Source of the DNA: Tubulanus polymorphus
Taxonomy: Eukaryota; Animalia; Nemertea
Direction of reading: 5' to 3'
NCBI RefSeq assembly: GCF_964204645.1
Contig: NC_134032.1
Coordinates: forward strand, 3,124,175 to 3,188,174
Length of the DNA: 64,000 nt
Positions 38,801 to 52,715 of the stretch are shown in pieces (positions within the stretch are counted from its first letter, which is position 1; each line of letters opens with the position of its first letter). A program made the position numbers and the translations under genes. Under the pieces are notes generated by a model that saw only the letters and a program-made list of their open reading frames with translations, was not told the origin of the DNA and did not search any database.

Positions 38801-40134
38801 AGTGAGAAGAAAAAGACCCCCGGGCCACAGAAGATCGAACCCGAAGTTGAATGATGATGACAGAGTGGCTTGAAAAATTCAGGTGCGACTTGTATGACAT
38901 GTCTAATAATTCTCGTAGATAAATAGAATTAATAGAACTTAGTAATAGCTAGTTATGACCCCCAATTAAAACATAATTTCAGCCGTTAATTCTTAGGTAT
39001 TTTGAATATATTTCACAATCATCCACCACCAAACCCCACCCCTTAAAACGAAGCTTCGACAATTTTTGTGGGTTAAGCGTGACTTTGGAGCATGATGAAT
39101 TGACGATTTGGACTTGACAACTTTTTACAAAATACAAGCTACAAAAACGTTAACGCATGTAGAACTAGGGAAAGATATAAAACCACGTGACTCTAAACGG
39201 GTCAATTATTGCGCGATTTGTTGAGATTCTTGTCGCTAACTCTGTTGAGCCATTTTATTTCGAAGTCTCAACTGGCGCCATTTTATTTCGAAGTCTCATC
39301 TCGCGCCATTTTATATAAAGTCTCATCTCGTGCCATTTTATTTTGAAGTCTTATCTCGCGCCATTTTAGAAGTCTTTTCACGCATCCCAGATGACTCCCA
39401 GCATCACTCAAGGGTTGCATTTGATGTTGAATTTTGGGAATTTATTTTAATTTGATGCATTTTATTTTGTTGTTGTAATATGTAATATGTATTGTAATAT
39501 GTATTCTAATATGTATTGTATTATTGTATCATGTATTGAAATATATATTGTAATATGTATTGTATTATTGTATCATGTGTTTTAATATGTATTGTATTAT
39601 CTTGTATTTGTATAATTACCCTGCTCACTCAGATCTCTCTAATTAGAATCAGTTTACCTATAAATATTGTTGTTTGTACGTTGACTATATTCACTTAGAT
39701 GTCAGCCTCTATAGTAGTGAAAGCTTGTGCGTCAAATAAACTAGTCACACCTATATTGTACTACTCGTCTTGTTACATTTATTCTAAACCCGGTTTACAC
39801 CCCAGGCTCCGCTACGAATTCCTGATTCGGACCCGCTGTCACTGTCGCTGCCATCGTGGACACAGAGGAAAACTGGCTGGTTTCGAACCCGTGAAAGCAG
39901 CAGGCCCATTTCTCTTGGACATTGAGCAAAACTTGGTCGGTTGCACAGTCACGGCTTAGACTAAAGACCAGTCTTAGACCAACTTAGTTCTATAGCCAAT
40001 CTAACAACTTAAGACCAGTCTAAACTCATTCTCATGCGAAAGCTTCATTTTTCTAGAGGGAAATCAATCAATTTCATCATTTTCGGTAAATACGACGAGA
40101 AATTTTGCCGAAATTGAGAGTATTGAAACAAGCT

Positions 40135-40551
40135 ACACGGCTGTCTAGAATCAGTTAGTTCGGGTTGAAAAATTCGCAGAAAATTCCAAAACATTATATT
40201 TCTACATCACGAGGAGACTGATATTGACCGGTGACCACGTACGCTGAAGGATTCGATTGAACCCACTACGCTAAAGCTGTTCCAAGCGAGTTCGGGGAGC
40301 GATACCGGACCCTGGCAAGCGAGGATGGGCGTACTTCGGTTATCGGAGTTAGTCGACTATAATTGTCGATCTAAGTGAAACCGAATGTAAGCTTAGTCGG
40401 AACTATATTCAGGAACGGAAATTAACCGCTTTCGGTTATTAGTTCCGCCCTGAACACTCATCCTCGCTTGCCAGGGGTCCGGTATCACTCCGGAACTCGC
40501 TTCCAGGGAACAGCTTAAGCGTAGTGAGTTCGAATCCCTAGACAAGCCGTG
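40135..40551. mobile_element. MITE with imperfect long TIRs; related fragment at 52251-52521
   Basis: cactacgctaaagctgttcc..gagcgataccggaccctggcaagcgaggatg is inverted against 40459-40530. Confidence 0.6.
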
Positions 40552-41718
40552 CCGAAGATGTTAACATTTTGAGCACCCCATTAATTTGTTGGCAATCCAA
40601 AAAATGAGAACAATATATCAACAGTTTTTCAACTATATGGTGCTGGGGGTAGGGGCTTAAAACTTATACTTCATTGCCCATTCAAACATGTCTCGATTCA
40701 AAAGTTGTGCGAACATACCGGGAATAAAACAGCGGGTTCGTGTTTGTAATTGGAAATCGATAGGATATATCATAGTTGGTTGTTATGTCAAATTCTAATG
40801 GGTTTTTCTTTAGACCAAACATATAATTGGCAACTTTCAGCGTAAACGTTCTCCAATGTAATTCAGTTCTGTGGATACATCGTAGGCTGTATTTACATTT
40901 ATTCATTTTTGGAAAAATAGATCCACCAGTTGATGACTGGTGAGTGGGTAGCTCGGGTCTGGGCAAAAATCTATTTCAAACAAGAATGAAATTTACCATT
41001 AAGTTACTTATAAACAACACTGATTGAAAAACGCCCTAAATCTCTTGACCTATTTATTATCTTAACGTTACTCGTACGTACGGTCAAAGTGAGGAATCCA
41101 AAACGAAAGTGTTTGCGAAATAAAAATAAAAGATTAATTTTTTTCTTAAAGCAAAATTCCGCATTCGATTGACATCTTAAAGAGGAAACGAAATATTCGC
41201 TATCTTCTATTAGATATAAAGCAAAGATTTGGCTAAATGTTTCAAACGTGACGGCTTAGAATTTTAACAACTCTAATGATGCGCTGATTATTTACGAGGT
41301 CAATTCATCTTTTATTTTCATGAACCTGAATGAGCAGGAAAAATAAAAAAATAACAGGTTCAACATCCCACGGTAATTTTGGGCAGTTTGATATTCGCAC
41401 CACATTCTTATCCAATTCATAAGAATTTTTCGGTTCCATCATTTCCACGTGTCGTGAATACCCACGCCCGATTATATTTCAGAAATATTCTGATAACTTC
41501 GTTCGCTCAGGTTTTTAAGAAATCAATTTCATGTTTAAAATTCCAATATTTTCTATAGTTTTCAGACGCATCTTGCAGAGAGGGCATGATTTTGGGTGAA
41601 ATGTGCGAACTTTAATTGATCGAACGAATAATTTAAAAAAAAAACTATTCCTGAGCTTAGATAGGACAACCCGATAATATTTGCCGAATCAAAACGTTTA
41701 GGCTGTTTAAAACATTTA

Positions 41719-44700
41719 TTAACGTAAGCGTTTAGTTTTTGCTCGTATGGATTTCATATCGATAGTCAGTATTGTGTAAAGTAGGGGATTGAGGGACGAG
41801 TTGATCGGTAGGAAAAGAACCGCCAGCCAAGCCGCCACCTGATTCGGTATTTCTACCCGTAATACCGCGCAAAACTGAACGATAATTAACGGCATCCAGC
41901 AAAATAAATTACAAAGATTTATCACCAAACTTCTACGTGCTAAAATCAGTTCGGTAGGGTCAATTCTACCCGATCCAGACCTGCTTCCAGAGACGAGTCT
42001 GTACATTTGCGCATAAGTCGTCATTATCATAGCGAGTATGAAGGTGTTGAATACGGCAAAAATTGCGAAGGAATATTGCCAGGCGTTGACGTCAATTGAT
42101 ATTAAATTCATAGGTAAACAAACTCCAGTTTTTCCGTAGAATTTAATACCGAAATAAGATAATTCTGACAACGGCAATATGGAGATTGTACTTATAGTAA
42201 CCCAACACACGCCACAAATAATGGACACGTATCTCGGTGATGTAATCGGGCTTCCAGAAAATGGATTAACGATATTTGAAAATCTATGACGTGTTAGAAA
42301 GAATAGAAACGTCAACGAGCCTTCGCAAGAAATAGTGACCGTAACTCCAGCGAAACTGCACAATGAACTGTCCGTCCAAGTTTCAGAATTCAGGAAATAA
42401 ACTCCTTTAAAAACGTAATCCGCGCCCGCGATCGAAAACAAATAAATCGACATGAGAAAATCACAAGCTGCGATATTAATAATTAGGATGTCGGAAGATG
42501 TGTTGCGCTTTTCGGAGGATGAAAGTCGAATTGATCGAAGACGAAATAAAATGACAATTGTGTTCGCGAAGAAACTGAACGCGGCGATGACCCAGATGAT
42601 AGCTCTGAGGACTGTGTTACCCATCAGATCAGAACAAGAGGAAAACTGATCAGCTTTAGGAAGGCACCGGTCGACATTCGGAGCCATGCAGCAAAATTTG
42701 TAAGCGTCAGACGATAGAGATACTAGCGATGTCAGATTGATGAAAACTTCTCTTTCTGTGGAAATGAATTGAGAATTGTTGGTTAAATCGAGAATTCTAA
42801 GTTTATTTAATCCTGAAAAAGCATATCGTGAAATATGATGGATTCTGTTGCTGCTGATATTCAACGACTGTAATGTAGATAATCCTCTAAACACATTTCT
42901 ACCAAGCAGCAATAGCGAAAGCCCTTGAAGGTTCAGAATTTGTAATGACATTAAATCTCGAAAGGTATTGTCGTCTAAATGGCGTAGTGGATTTGCAGTT
43001 ATCAATAACTCTTTTAAATTATACAAACCGATGAATGTGTTTGTGGATAATGACGTTATGTTGTTGTATGTAAGATCTAATGTATGTAAATTATGCAGGT
43101 TTGTGAACGAGTTCGGTAAAATATGAGACAATTCGTTGGAAGAGATGTTGAGCATTCGAAGATAAACGAATGAAGAAAACGTCGATTCATTGAATCGAAA
43201 TTCGTTTTTTGACAGAATTAAAACTCGAGTTGATTCCGAGAAAAGACCAGTAATATTTGTTAAACCGGCATTCGCGCAATCAATCAAATGACCTTGGCAT
43301 CTACAGCCCATCTGACACGTGACGTTACAGAAAGCCTCGTCATCAATTGTGAATTTACAATTTACGACACCATCACAAACTTCAGATTGTGGAATACATC
43401 GATTTTCGTGGCCACATTTAAACATTCCTGGACACGAAAATGTCTCACAGTTTTGTTCATCTTCTGAATTAGGACAATCTGATTGACCATCACACACCTG
43501 TCTGATCGGTATACAGTACGATGCTGGACATTTTACAGTATCAGCTGGGCATTCAAATTCTTCACATCTCAATACGTGCTCAAAATTTCTACAAACTGGG
43601 AAACCATTCGTCATTCTTTCTAGAATACATCTGTGACGTCTTGAATAGCAGTGAGGAGAATTGAAAGAACATCTTTGTTCATCTGATTCCGTACAGAGAT
43701 TTGTGAAGTTAGTCGTGCAGTAGTTTTCATTATTGCACTGAACAGTAGGATTCACTGTAATACTAGTTGTTGTTACTAATTCATCTTCTTCGAGGCTTCC
43801 ACTACAATCCACGACACCATCCTGGTACAACTGAGAACTGATACAGTCTCCACTGTTACACTGGAACCCCTGACACAATTCAGTAGTGCATCCCATTTCA
43901 TCTGATCCGTCTTTACAATCAGTGACTCCATCACATCTGTTAGCCATACTGATACATTGACCACTTTTACAGCGAAATCGTTCAGACAAACACGGGGGAT
44001 GAAAACAAGATTCCTCATCCGAACCATCCACACAATCTTGTACGAAATCACAAAAACCACTTATTGATATCACCTGACCATCATCGCATTGAAACTGACT
44101 GTGTAGATTTATATCCGTACAATCGATTTCATCTTCACCGTGTTGACAGTCGTGTCTGGTATCACATACGCGATGGTTGCTGATACATCTTTGATCGTTA
44201 CATTTAAACTGCCGCGATTTACAACCGCTTATAGAAGCTGACTCGTCATCAGTTACATTGAACGAACACAAAACAGAATGCGCTGTATCTGTCGCATTAT
44301 CAAAATATTTCATCATCCATTTAACTGATTGAATATAAGTTATTTCATCTCTAGTGATTATTGGGTTTATAACTTGCAGTCTGTCATTAGACGTTATCGT
44401 TAGTACAGAGCCATATTGATGTTGATATTGAAATGCTGTTATCAAATTTAAGATATCTTTTTCAGTATTACTGTTAATACTACCTACTTCGGCCCGGACG
44501 CCATTACACATCTCTGTCGCAGTTTTTATATCAAGACCTCGATGTTTGTTCCATTGCGTCAGTATTTGATAGCATTGTCTGCCTATGCTTACCAAACCAA
44601 TCGTACAGCTCGATTCATTGAAATCAATATCTTGAAATGTATTTTCCAGTATTAGAAATGTGTCGTTTTTGGTTATATTTAACATTGTTGCTGTTCTATT

Positions 44701-47700
44701 TTCGTTATCAATCCTTTCCGATTCGCAAATAAAACTCGTATGAACCTCTTCAATTTTGCAGGGGAATCGAACCCAGTTCGCTGATCCTCGTGGATTATTC
44801 AGTATCATCGCCGTGCACGGCATATTGACGTCATTTATCGGTTGTTTTCTGAGAGGAGATATCAATCCTTGAACAACTTCTGGTATCGTGTCGTTATTTG
44901 TAGGTTTATACCACTCTGTGTAGCTCAATGGTTTCCCATCAGTCCACGTGTAGTAACCAAAAGTAGGCTAAAAGTTTAAGTTGCAAATTCATGATTAAAA
45001 CATCAAAATGGTATATAAAATTCTTTTAACGAGATGGATTTTAGAAATTAAGAATTTTACCTGCATTTTTAATCCAATCATCATTATGAGCGCTTTCTGT
45101 GAATAGGCATTTAGAAGAAGTTCTGTTGCGAATAATCTTTTGATGGAAATCATTTCCTGTTCTGAGTTGATACTGAGTAGATGTCCCGCATACTTCTGTC
45201 TACAGTATATTTCAGCGTTCTCCCAATTCAGACGTTCATCTCTTATGTATTTTACGCATGAAATTCCCGAATCTAGAAATCCCGATTTACAGACATTTTC
45301 AAACTGTTTAACCGGTAACGACTGTTCTAATGTGTATTGTATTTGAAATGTAGGGATGAAATGTTTCACCTCAAACCACAGGTTGTCATCTCTTAAACTA
45401 TAAAACACAAGTCCCGTTATCGCGTTATTGTCACATATTTTATGCTCATGTGTGATTCTTCTAGTATCCGATTCATATATCGATTGTTTGTAGATTATCG
45501 GATCATTGTCTCTTGCACCCGATTTCGTGCACAGTACCCTGCCTATGTATTTGATTAGAAACCGGTGGTAGGAAAATTTGCCCCGCCTGACCACTACAGG
45601 ATAGTTATAATATAGCGGTTGATGTTGATACTCAGATGATCCCGGATAATTTGGTGACTGCAACAACCCGCATTCATCTTCGAATACGCTCCCATGCACA
45701 TACGCTTCTATAACGGCAGATTTCAATTTTTGACATTTACTCCGAAGTTCAACCATTAAATAATAATTCCAGAATAAACTCGCGGTTCGCATTTTCACAG
45801 TGTTTAATACCAGGCTGTTATTGAGCGACTGACTAATCAAGCTAACGTACGTACCACATGACCCGAATGGTATAGCACCCTGAAAACATCGGTCGATTTG
45901 ATATTCGTGTTCTGATAATATGTAAATGTTTCTCAAAGGTAGGCGTCGGTTTTCGGGTGTTATCACGAGACAGTGTGACGTCATATCGACCTGCTGTTCT
46001 CCCTCCCGGAGGATGTACCCGTCACAGTCGGTAGGACGAAATCTGAGATATGATTCTTTTTCAACGGTCAACTGGTCATTCCACTTATACGCGTATGCTG
46101 CTACAGTTACCGACCAACCGGATGTAATCAGACTGACGACGTTACGGTCGTACGGGTCGTATAAACGAGGACAATACGGACCGTATCGTCTAGCCGTGAA
46201 ATTACCACCGTCGAATATGTAAAATCCAGCTCGCTCGCAGTTCTCTGATAAAACTGTTAGTCCCATATTCTCTTCATAAATGTCAACTTTCCATTTAAAC
46301 TCGTATCTAGTGATGCGATAATTTACCGATACTTTTTTTTGTTTCGGAAACAGTGAGTTTGGCGTCAAAAACGGCAACTGGTTCACCTAGAGTTCGTCAA
46401 TAATAAGTATATCAGACAGATTTTTGATAATATATGTTATTTCGGTACGGGGTAACATAATTACAGAGGTTATACTCACCCGACGGTTGTTGACCTTGAT
46501 ATCGTCTATCGAAATAGATTCCATTTTATAGCTTATTTCAAATCTTACATCATCGTGAACTGTTGTTTTTAAAACGCACAGTATGACGAGAAAGCCGTCA
46601 GATTTGACACTCAGTGATTGCAGGTAGTTGTGACCGAGTAAAACATCAGTTCCTACAACGCGTAACCCTTCTAGTTTATATACACCAATGACGTCACCGG
46701 ATGTGACGAGATCACGTGTCCAGTTAAAGACGACGTACTGTAACACCTGTCCTGTGATAGACCAGCAGTGTAAGTGTTTTGATCGAGTTGTTACGTGTAA
46801 ACTGTTGTCATCGGGAATGAGCACTCCCGACTCGTTGTTAGAGATCTGAATCAACCGATTAGCGACGTTCCAATCTGATATTTTATACAATTGGACTAAA
46901 AGCAGTGATTGCACAGTTGTCTTCCGTAAAACGAATACAGCTTTGTTTGTTTTAGAATAAAATGATGAAGGTGGATGTCCAGATTGTTGTGGTATTAAAG
47001 CGAAAGGATCACTGCTGGTGTTCCATCCGTCGTGGAGTTTAATGGACACCGATGATGATTCCCCAAATCGGTAGAATGTGAAATCGATATCAATTAACGT
47101 AAGATTCATCGCATAACCTCGCGGCATCCCGCTCCACTCAACAAACAACTTGCAATTACGTAATTTATGAATCGCGAATTTATAACCCCGCTCAGCTTTT
47201 AGCCGCTCCAATTTTAAATCGAATCTTGAACCGTCGTGGAAAATATTTATTTGACTTCGCCCATAACGATAAATGACATAAACGCGACTACCTCGCGCTC
47301 CAGCGACTTTACTCCTAAACATCAACGAGATCGAATCGTCACGGCGGATTTCATGTTTTCCATCACCGCACAATCTGTTATCGGACTCACTGACGAGAAG
47401 GTAGTTATCACCACAGAATATTGACAGCTCGATATCATGGTAAACTTGGACGTGAAAAGTCCCCGGTAAAGAGCTGTTGATGAACCACCGACATTCAACA
47501 CCGCGCGATAACGAAGGGTAATTCGGCGAAACGATGTAACCGGACGTAGAATCTAACGGGTACCACGTATTGTTACAAGACGAACTTACCGTCACAGACG
47601 ATTCCTCGATAGAGTCTGCTGTGCGATCAGCGCGCGCGATGCGAACTTGACAGACGATCAGCGACGCTATAAACAGCGCTCTCAGTCGCCGCTCCATACC

Positions 47701-47709
47701 GAACAACAT
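41719..47709 (-). CDS. GRL101-like LDLa-LRR class A GPCR with N-terminal CUB and C-type lectin-like domains, ~1934 aa (exons 47709-46480, 46386-45061, 44967-41719)
   Basis: Two 93-bp phase-0 GT-AG introns join the three ORFs. Signal peptide; CUB GYIVSPNYP..CRWFI; CTL LNWENAEIYC..GHLLSINS..WTDG; ~6-7 LDLa (C..DC.DGSDE..C); LRRs; hinge FCC..FSSCSDLM; 7TM with CWMP and NPLLY. Confidence 0.92.
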
Positions 47710-47960
47710 CGACACGATACGAATTATGCTCGGCTGTCCACAGATTTTGAAGTTCTGTTTATAACTGAACTTTAGATCACCTGTTTAGAACTTTACATGA
47801 CTGCAGAAATAAAATGTTTGAACCACTCAGCAATTTAAGGATACGAATAAACTTTTCAGTCCATTATATTTTGCCAAAGGCGATTTTGGTATCATTTACT
47901 CGTGTAGTCATTATTTCACGTTTTCCCTGACTCGATGGTATCTACTTCTCAGTAATTACA

Positions 47961-48094
<134 letters not shown>

Positions 48095-48342
48095 TAGATA
48101 TCCATGTCCAATTATATTTTGAACCTTTCGTCGTTGTAGATACTCGAGGGTATCTATTTCCCAGTAATTACCATCAGTGAATATATGTGCAACAATTTCA
48201 GCTCGTGGTTTTACGCATCGTAGATATCGATGTCCAAATATATATTTTGAACCTTTCGTCGTTGTACTGCGTGTATATCGAGCACACCAATCTGACTATA
48301 TTCACGCCTGACAACTACGAAACTAGCAAACTTACTTAAATC

Positions 48343-49449
48343 TATGGTGGCTGATAAGGGCCATAGCGTAAAATTCCTGGTATGTAAATGAGGGCGCCAG
48401 AACGCCAGAACGCCAAAACGAAAAAAAACGTCCAATTTTCTCTGAAAGTTCGTTTTGGCGCGCCAAAACAAAGAAAATTCCGTTTTGGCGCCCCCGCCAA
48501 AACGAACTTTCATTTTGGCGCCCCCGCCAAAACGAACTTTCGTTTTGGCGCCCCCGCCAAAACAACGAAAAACGTCGAAATTTCTCTAAAAGTTCGTTTT
48601 GGCGCGCCAAAACAAAGAAAATTCCGTTTTGGCGCCCCCGCCAAAACGAACTTTCATTTTGGCGCCCCCGCCAAAACGAACTTTCGTTTTGGCGCCCCCG
48701 CCAAAACAACGAAAAACGTCGAAATTTCTCTAAAAGTTCGTTTTGGCGCGCCAAAACGGAGAATATTCCGTTTTGGCGCCCCCGCCAAAACGAACTTTCA
48801 TTTTGGCGCCCCCGCCAAAACGAACTTTCATTTTGGCGCCCCCGCCAAAACGAACTTTCGTTTTGGCGCCCCCGCCAAAACAACGAAAAACGTCGAAATT
48901 TCTCTAAAAGTTCGTTTTGGCGCGCCAAAACAAAGAAAATTCCGTTTTGGCGCCCCCGCCAAAACGAACTTTCATTTTGGCGCCCCCGCCAAAACGAACT
49001 TTCGTTTTGGCGCCCCCGCCAAAACAACGAAAAACGTCGAAATTTCTCTAAAAGTTCGTTTTGGCGCGCCAAAACAAAGAAAATTCCGTTTTGGCGCCCC
49101 CGCCAAAACGAACTTTCATTTTGGCGCCCCCGCCAAAACGAACTTTCGTTTTGGCGCCCCCGCCAAAACAACGAAAAACGTCGAAATTTCTCTAAAAGTT
49201 CGTTTTGGCGCGCCAAAACGGAGAATATTCCGTTTTGGCGCCCCCGCCAAAACGAACTTTCATTTTGGCGCCCCCGCCAAAACGAACTTTCGTTTTGGCG
49301 CCCCCGCCAAAACAACGAAAAACGTCGAAATTTCTCTAAAAGTTCGTTTTGGCGCGCCAAAACAAAGAAAATTCCGTTTTGGCGCCCCCGCCAAAACGAA
49401 CTTTCATTTTGGCGCCCCCGCTAAAACGAACTTTCGTTTTGGCGCCCCG
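48343..49449. repeat. Left TIR with 30-bp units in 144-bp higher-order repeats
   Basis: ttttggcgcccccgccaaaacgaacttt units; 7 ttttggcgcgccaaaa palindromes. Confidence 0.95.
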
Positions 49450-49527
49450 GAAACGTGTCTACTCCAGATGCTGACATACAAATTATGTACATACGCATAC
49501 GTACTCGTGCACGACCGCTTAATTATA

Positions 49528-51819
49528 ATGGACACCGTTCGGACTTGTATCCTTTTACGTAATAAAGACCAAGTTGCTCAACGGTCGATTTTGCTGTTGA
49601 TCTTGTTGATGATCTTAACAGATTCCTCTAGTTGATGATACTGTTAGGAAGCTTTTTGCAGATGGGTACACAAATGCAGAAATGAGGATTGCCATGTTAT
49701 CTAACTTCGGAATAACTATTAGGTACGTATATATAAATTCCATGGCCTACATCAAGATGGTCTAAGAATAGATTTTAATTGTCTGCAGCTACGTATGGGC
49801 ACTGCCATTTTTATTCAATATTACTCCTTATAATGATGTGATATAGTAGTTTAGTTCACAAACCGTCTTGTTTATTTTAAACTTTCAGTGAACGCCACCT
49901 CAAACGACAATTGAATAGGTTAGGTTTGAAAAGAAACAACAATTACGTTCTCAATGACGTAACCGCTGCAGTCGAGGAAAGTAATCCGAATTTTTGAAGT
50001 GATGCTTATATCTGATAGAAATTGAAAATGTCTTTTGGGTTTAAGATTATGTTCTCTGCATTATTACAGGTTGAGCTTGCTGGCAGCGGATGTTGCATGG
50101 GATATCGTGCTATGTCACAACGTCTCCGTCAACGCTACGGAATAAGAGCCCCTAGGTAAGATGTATGATCGGGTGGCTACCTACACGGTTAATTCCTGAC
50201 ATGATAAATGAGGGCGCTAAAGTACCAAAACGCCATAACTAAAAAAACTTAATTTCTCGAAAAATATTTTTTGGCCAAATTGAAGAATTGTCAGTTTTGT
50301 TACTCCTGACAAAAAGAACTTTCGAATCGGCCAGCATATGTATAAATGTGTATTTGATTGATGTAAGACCTTTAAGATGAGATCTGGATCACTTCACTCA
50401 TGTGTTATATGATTGTTTACTTCTAGGTCTCTAGTTTCCAATATCCTTCAGAATTTAGACTTCGAAGGAGTACAGAATAGGACCCATGGAGTTTTAAGAC
50501 GACGACGTTACTTTAACAAGGGTCCCAATTATCTTGTCCATCTCGATGGTTATGACAAGCTCAAGCCTTTTGGTTTCCCGATTCATGGGTGTATAGATGG
50601 GTAAACATAATATATAATTGATATATCCTAAAAGATATTATTTCCACCTATCAACAGCAGTTGCTATAAGTTCAGAATTTGGTTTGTCGAACATGTTCAT
50701 AAACACAGTCTATATTTAAAAGATTTTCCCGACGAATCCTTTGGTTAAGAGTTGGAAATACTAATAATGACCCAGAGGTGGTTGCGTGGTACTTTTTAGA
50801 TTTCGTTCAGGACATTGAAGGTAGATAGAATTGTCATATATAAATACACAATGTGCCGAAATTATGCCTGGGAAAATTTATCTGTTATCAATCGTCGATT
50901 AAGATAATACTCTGACCGTCATCTTTATATCATCATTCAGCAGTTCCTCGCTGCATCCGTATGGACGCTGGAACCGAAAATGGCAGAATTGCAGCGATTC
51001 AGAAGGCCTTTAGAGCAGAATATGACGACGAAACGTGCGTTCTTGTGGGTAGATCTACGAGTAATCAGGTTCGTGGTGTCATTAATATGGGTAGATTTGG
51101 ACAATCCCCATTTCTGCGCTAGAACCAACTTAAGATACTTCAAAACTCACCAATTATTTTATTTTCTTTGTTTTAAGCGCATTGAACGATGGTGGCGAAG
51201 TCTTCGAAACGAAGTTGTTCAGTTTTGGATGAACGTATTTAAAGATATGGAGGAAAATGGAAGTCTATCTACCGCGGACGTTGTGCACATGTAGGTTAAA
51301 TACCCGCCTTTAAAGCGCGTGGCGATTTTTTGTGATCCACGTAGTAATTTCCCTTTCTCCAATATTTTTCAGTCAAACCTTAAGATACTGTTTTTTTGAT
51401 TTGATAAATGCCGATCTTCAGGATTTCGTGCAGGAGTGGAATACACATGCCATCAGGCCTCAACGAAATGTGGATGTTCCACCCGGAAAACCTGATCTAT
51501 TATACTTCTCGCCGGAATATTACGGTACGAAATACGCTGTATAAAAATGAGCATAGGTTTCTAAGTTTACGATGTTTTTATCACTTCTTGATAATACGAA
51601 ATAATATTTTCAGGCACGATAGACTACAAATTTCCAGTGGACGCTGGACTACTTCCGCAAATTCGAGAGGAATTTTGTAGTAAGCCGAATGAATCGAGAG
51701 GCTGTGATCCGGACTTTTCAGCGATGTGTGATCTTAAAACGAGGCAGGGACAACAATCAAGACCGACATCAACCCCAGAAGCCGCTGCTTTGTATGACTG
51801 GCTATTAACTCAATTCTGA
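49528..51819 (+). CDS. IS3/integrase-fold DDE transposase, ~388 aa. Exons 49528-49558(tentative),49632-49722,49889-49976,50070-50155,50427-50600,50723-50820,50941-51068,51178-51290,51373-51524,51614-51819
   Basis: N-terminal HTH-like GYTNAEM..GITISERHLKRQL; GPNYLVHLDGYDKLKPFGFPIHGCIDGFSRRILWL (D1), PRCIRMDAGTEN (D2), GRSTSNQRIERWW (E), WNTHAIR; phases are consistent, but one donor (49977) is GA. Confidence 0.85.
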
Positions 51820-52541
51820 GAGCATACATGTTAGAATCATTTTTATACGTATCTGTCCTGCACGGTTTATGTGTTGTCTGTTCATGATGTATTTCGAAGA
51901 TTCAAATATATCTATGATACACGTTACGCGTTGAAAAGAATATGATTGTAATTTTTCATGGATTCATGCGACTGTTTGGGCTTAGTAATACATCATACTA
52001 ACACTACCCATGTTTTAATTCGCTATCCAACCCCATCTCAAGTAGGTGTCTCAGAAATAGAATACGCGTGCCATCAATTTACATGGAGAATTATCTGCGA
52101 AAGCGTACTCCAGTATCCGCTATTCTCAAAACGCTTCAGAATAAATTTGCGTATGGTTCAAAAAGATGTATTTTTGATTAAATTTATTTTGAGAAAGTTC
52201 TATGAAGCGGTTGTTTAAAAAGTGGTCTTATGGACAAGTCACATATCTTTCATCCTCGCATGCCAGGGGTCTGGTATCGCACCCCGAACTCGTTTCCACC
52301 ACCCCCTGGCCTCACGACGCGTGATTTCATTACTGGTTGAAATACCTCCTTGTACGTTGATTGGTCCATTTAACGGGAAAATCAACAGAAGCCTATAATA
52401 TCGTTTGCTTAAAGCGCTGTGATTGGTACGACCGGATTCTGGTCGGCTAGTAACGACTCCAACGACTCGCGAGGTCAAGGGGTTCGGGGAACACGGCTTT
52501 AGCGTAGTGAATTCGATTCCCACGACAGGTGAAGATGCATA

Positions 52542-52715
52542 CATTGGAACCTCGTTACAACGAACCTCTGGGGACCAGAAAATATTGTTCATTTTAACAG
52601 ATATTTCGTCATATCCAGTGTGAAATTAATCAAATTGTCTAATGTGGGACACAATCTTGTATTTGTTATGTCCGATGAATCGTTGTATCCCAGTTAGTTA
52701 TAACGAGTTCCACTG
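52542..52715. mobile_element. Tc1/pogo-like MITE nested in the transposon
   Basis: ta-cattggaacctcgttacaac ... gttataacgagttccactg-ta. Confidence 0.65.

Noticed and set aside
46387-46389. Stop-codon readthrough or pseudogenisation of the GPCR
   Set aside because: The TAG is the acceptor of a 93-bp GTGAGT...TAG intron
48332-49635. Long repetitive ORFs (342 and 415 aa), mirrored at 56619-58036
   Set aside because: By-products of stop-free 30/144-bp TIR repeats; open on both strands with no domain
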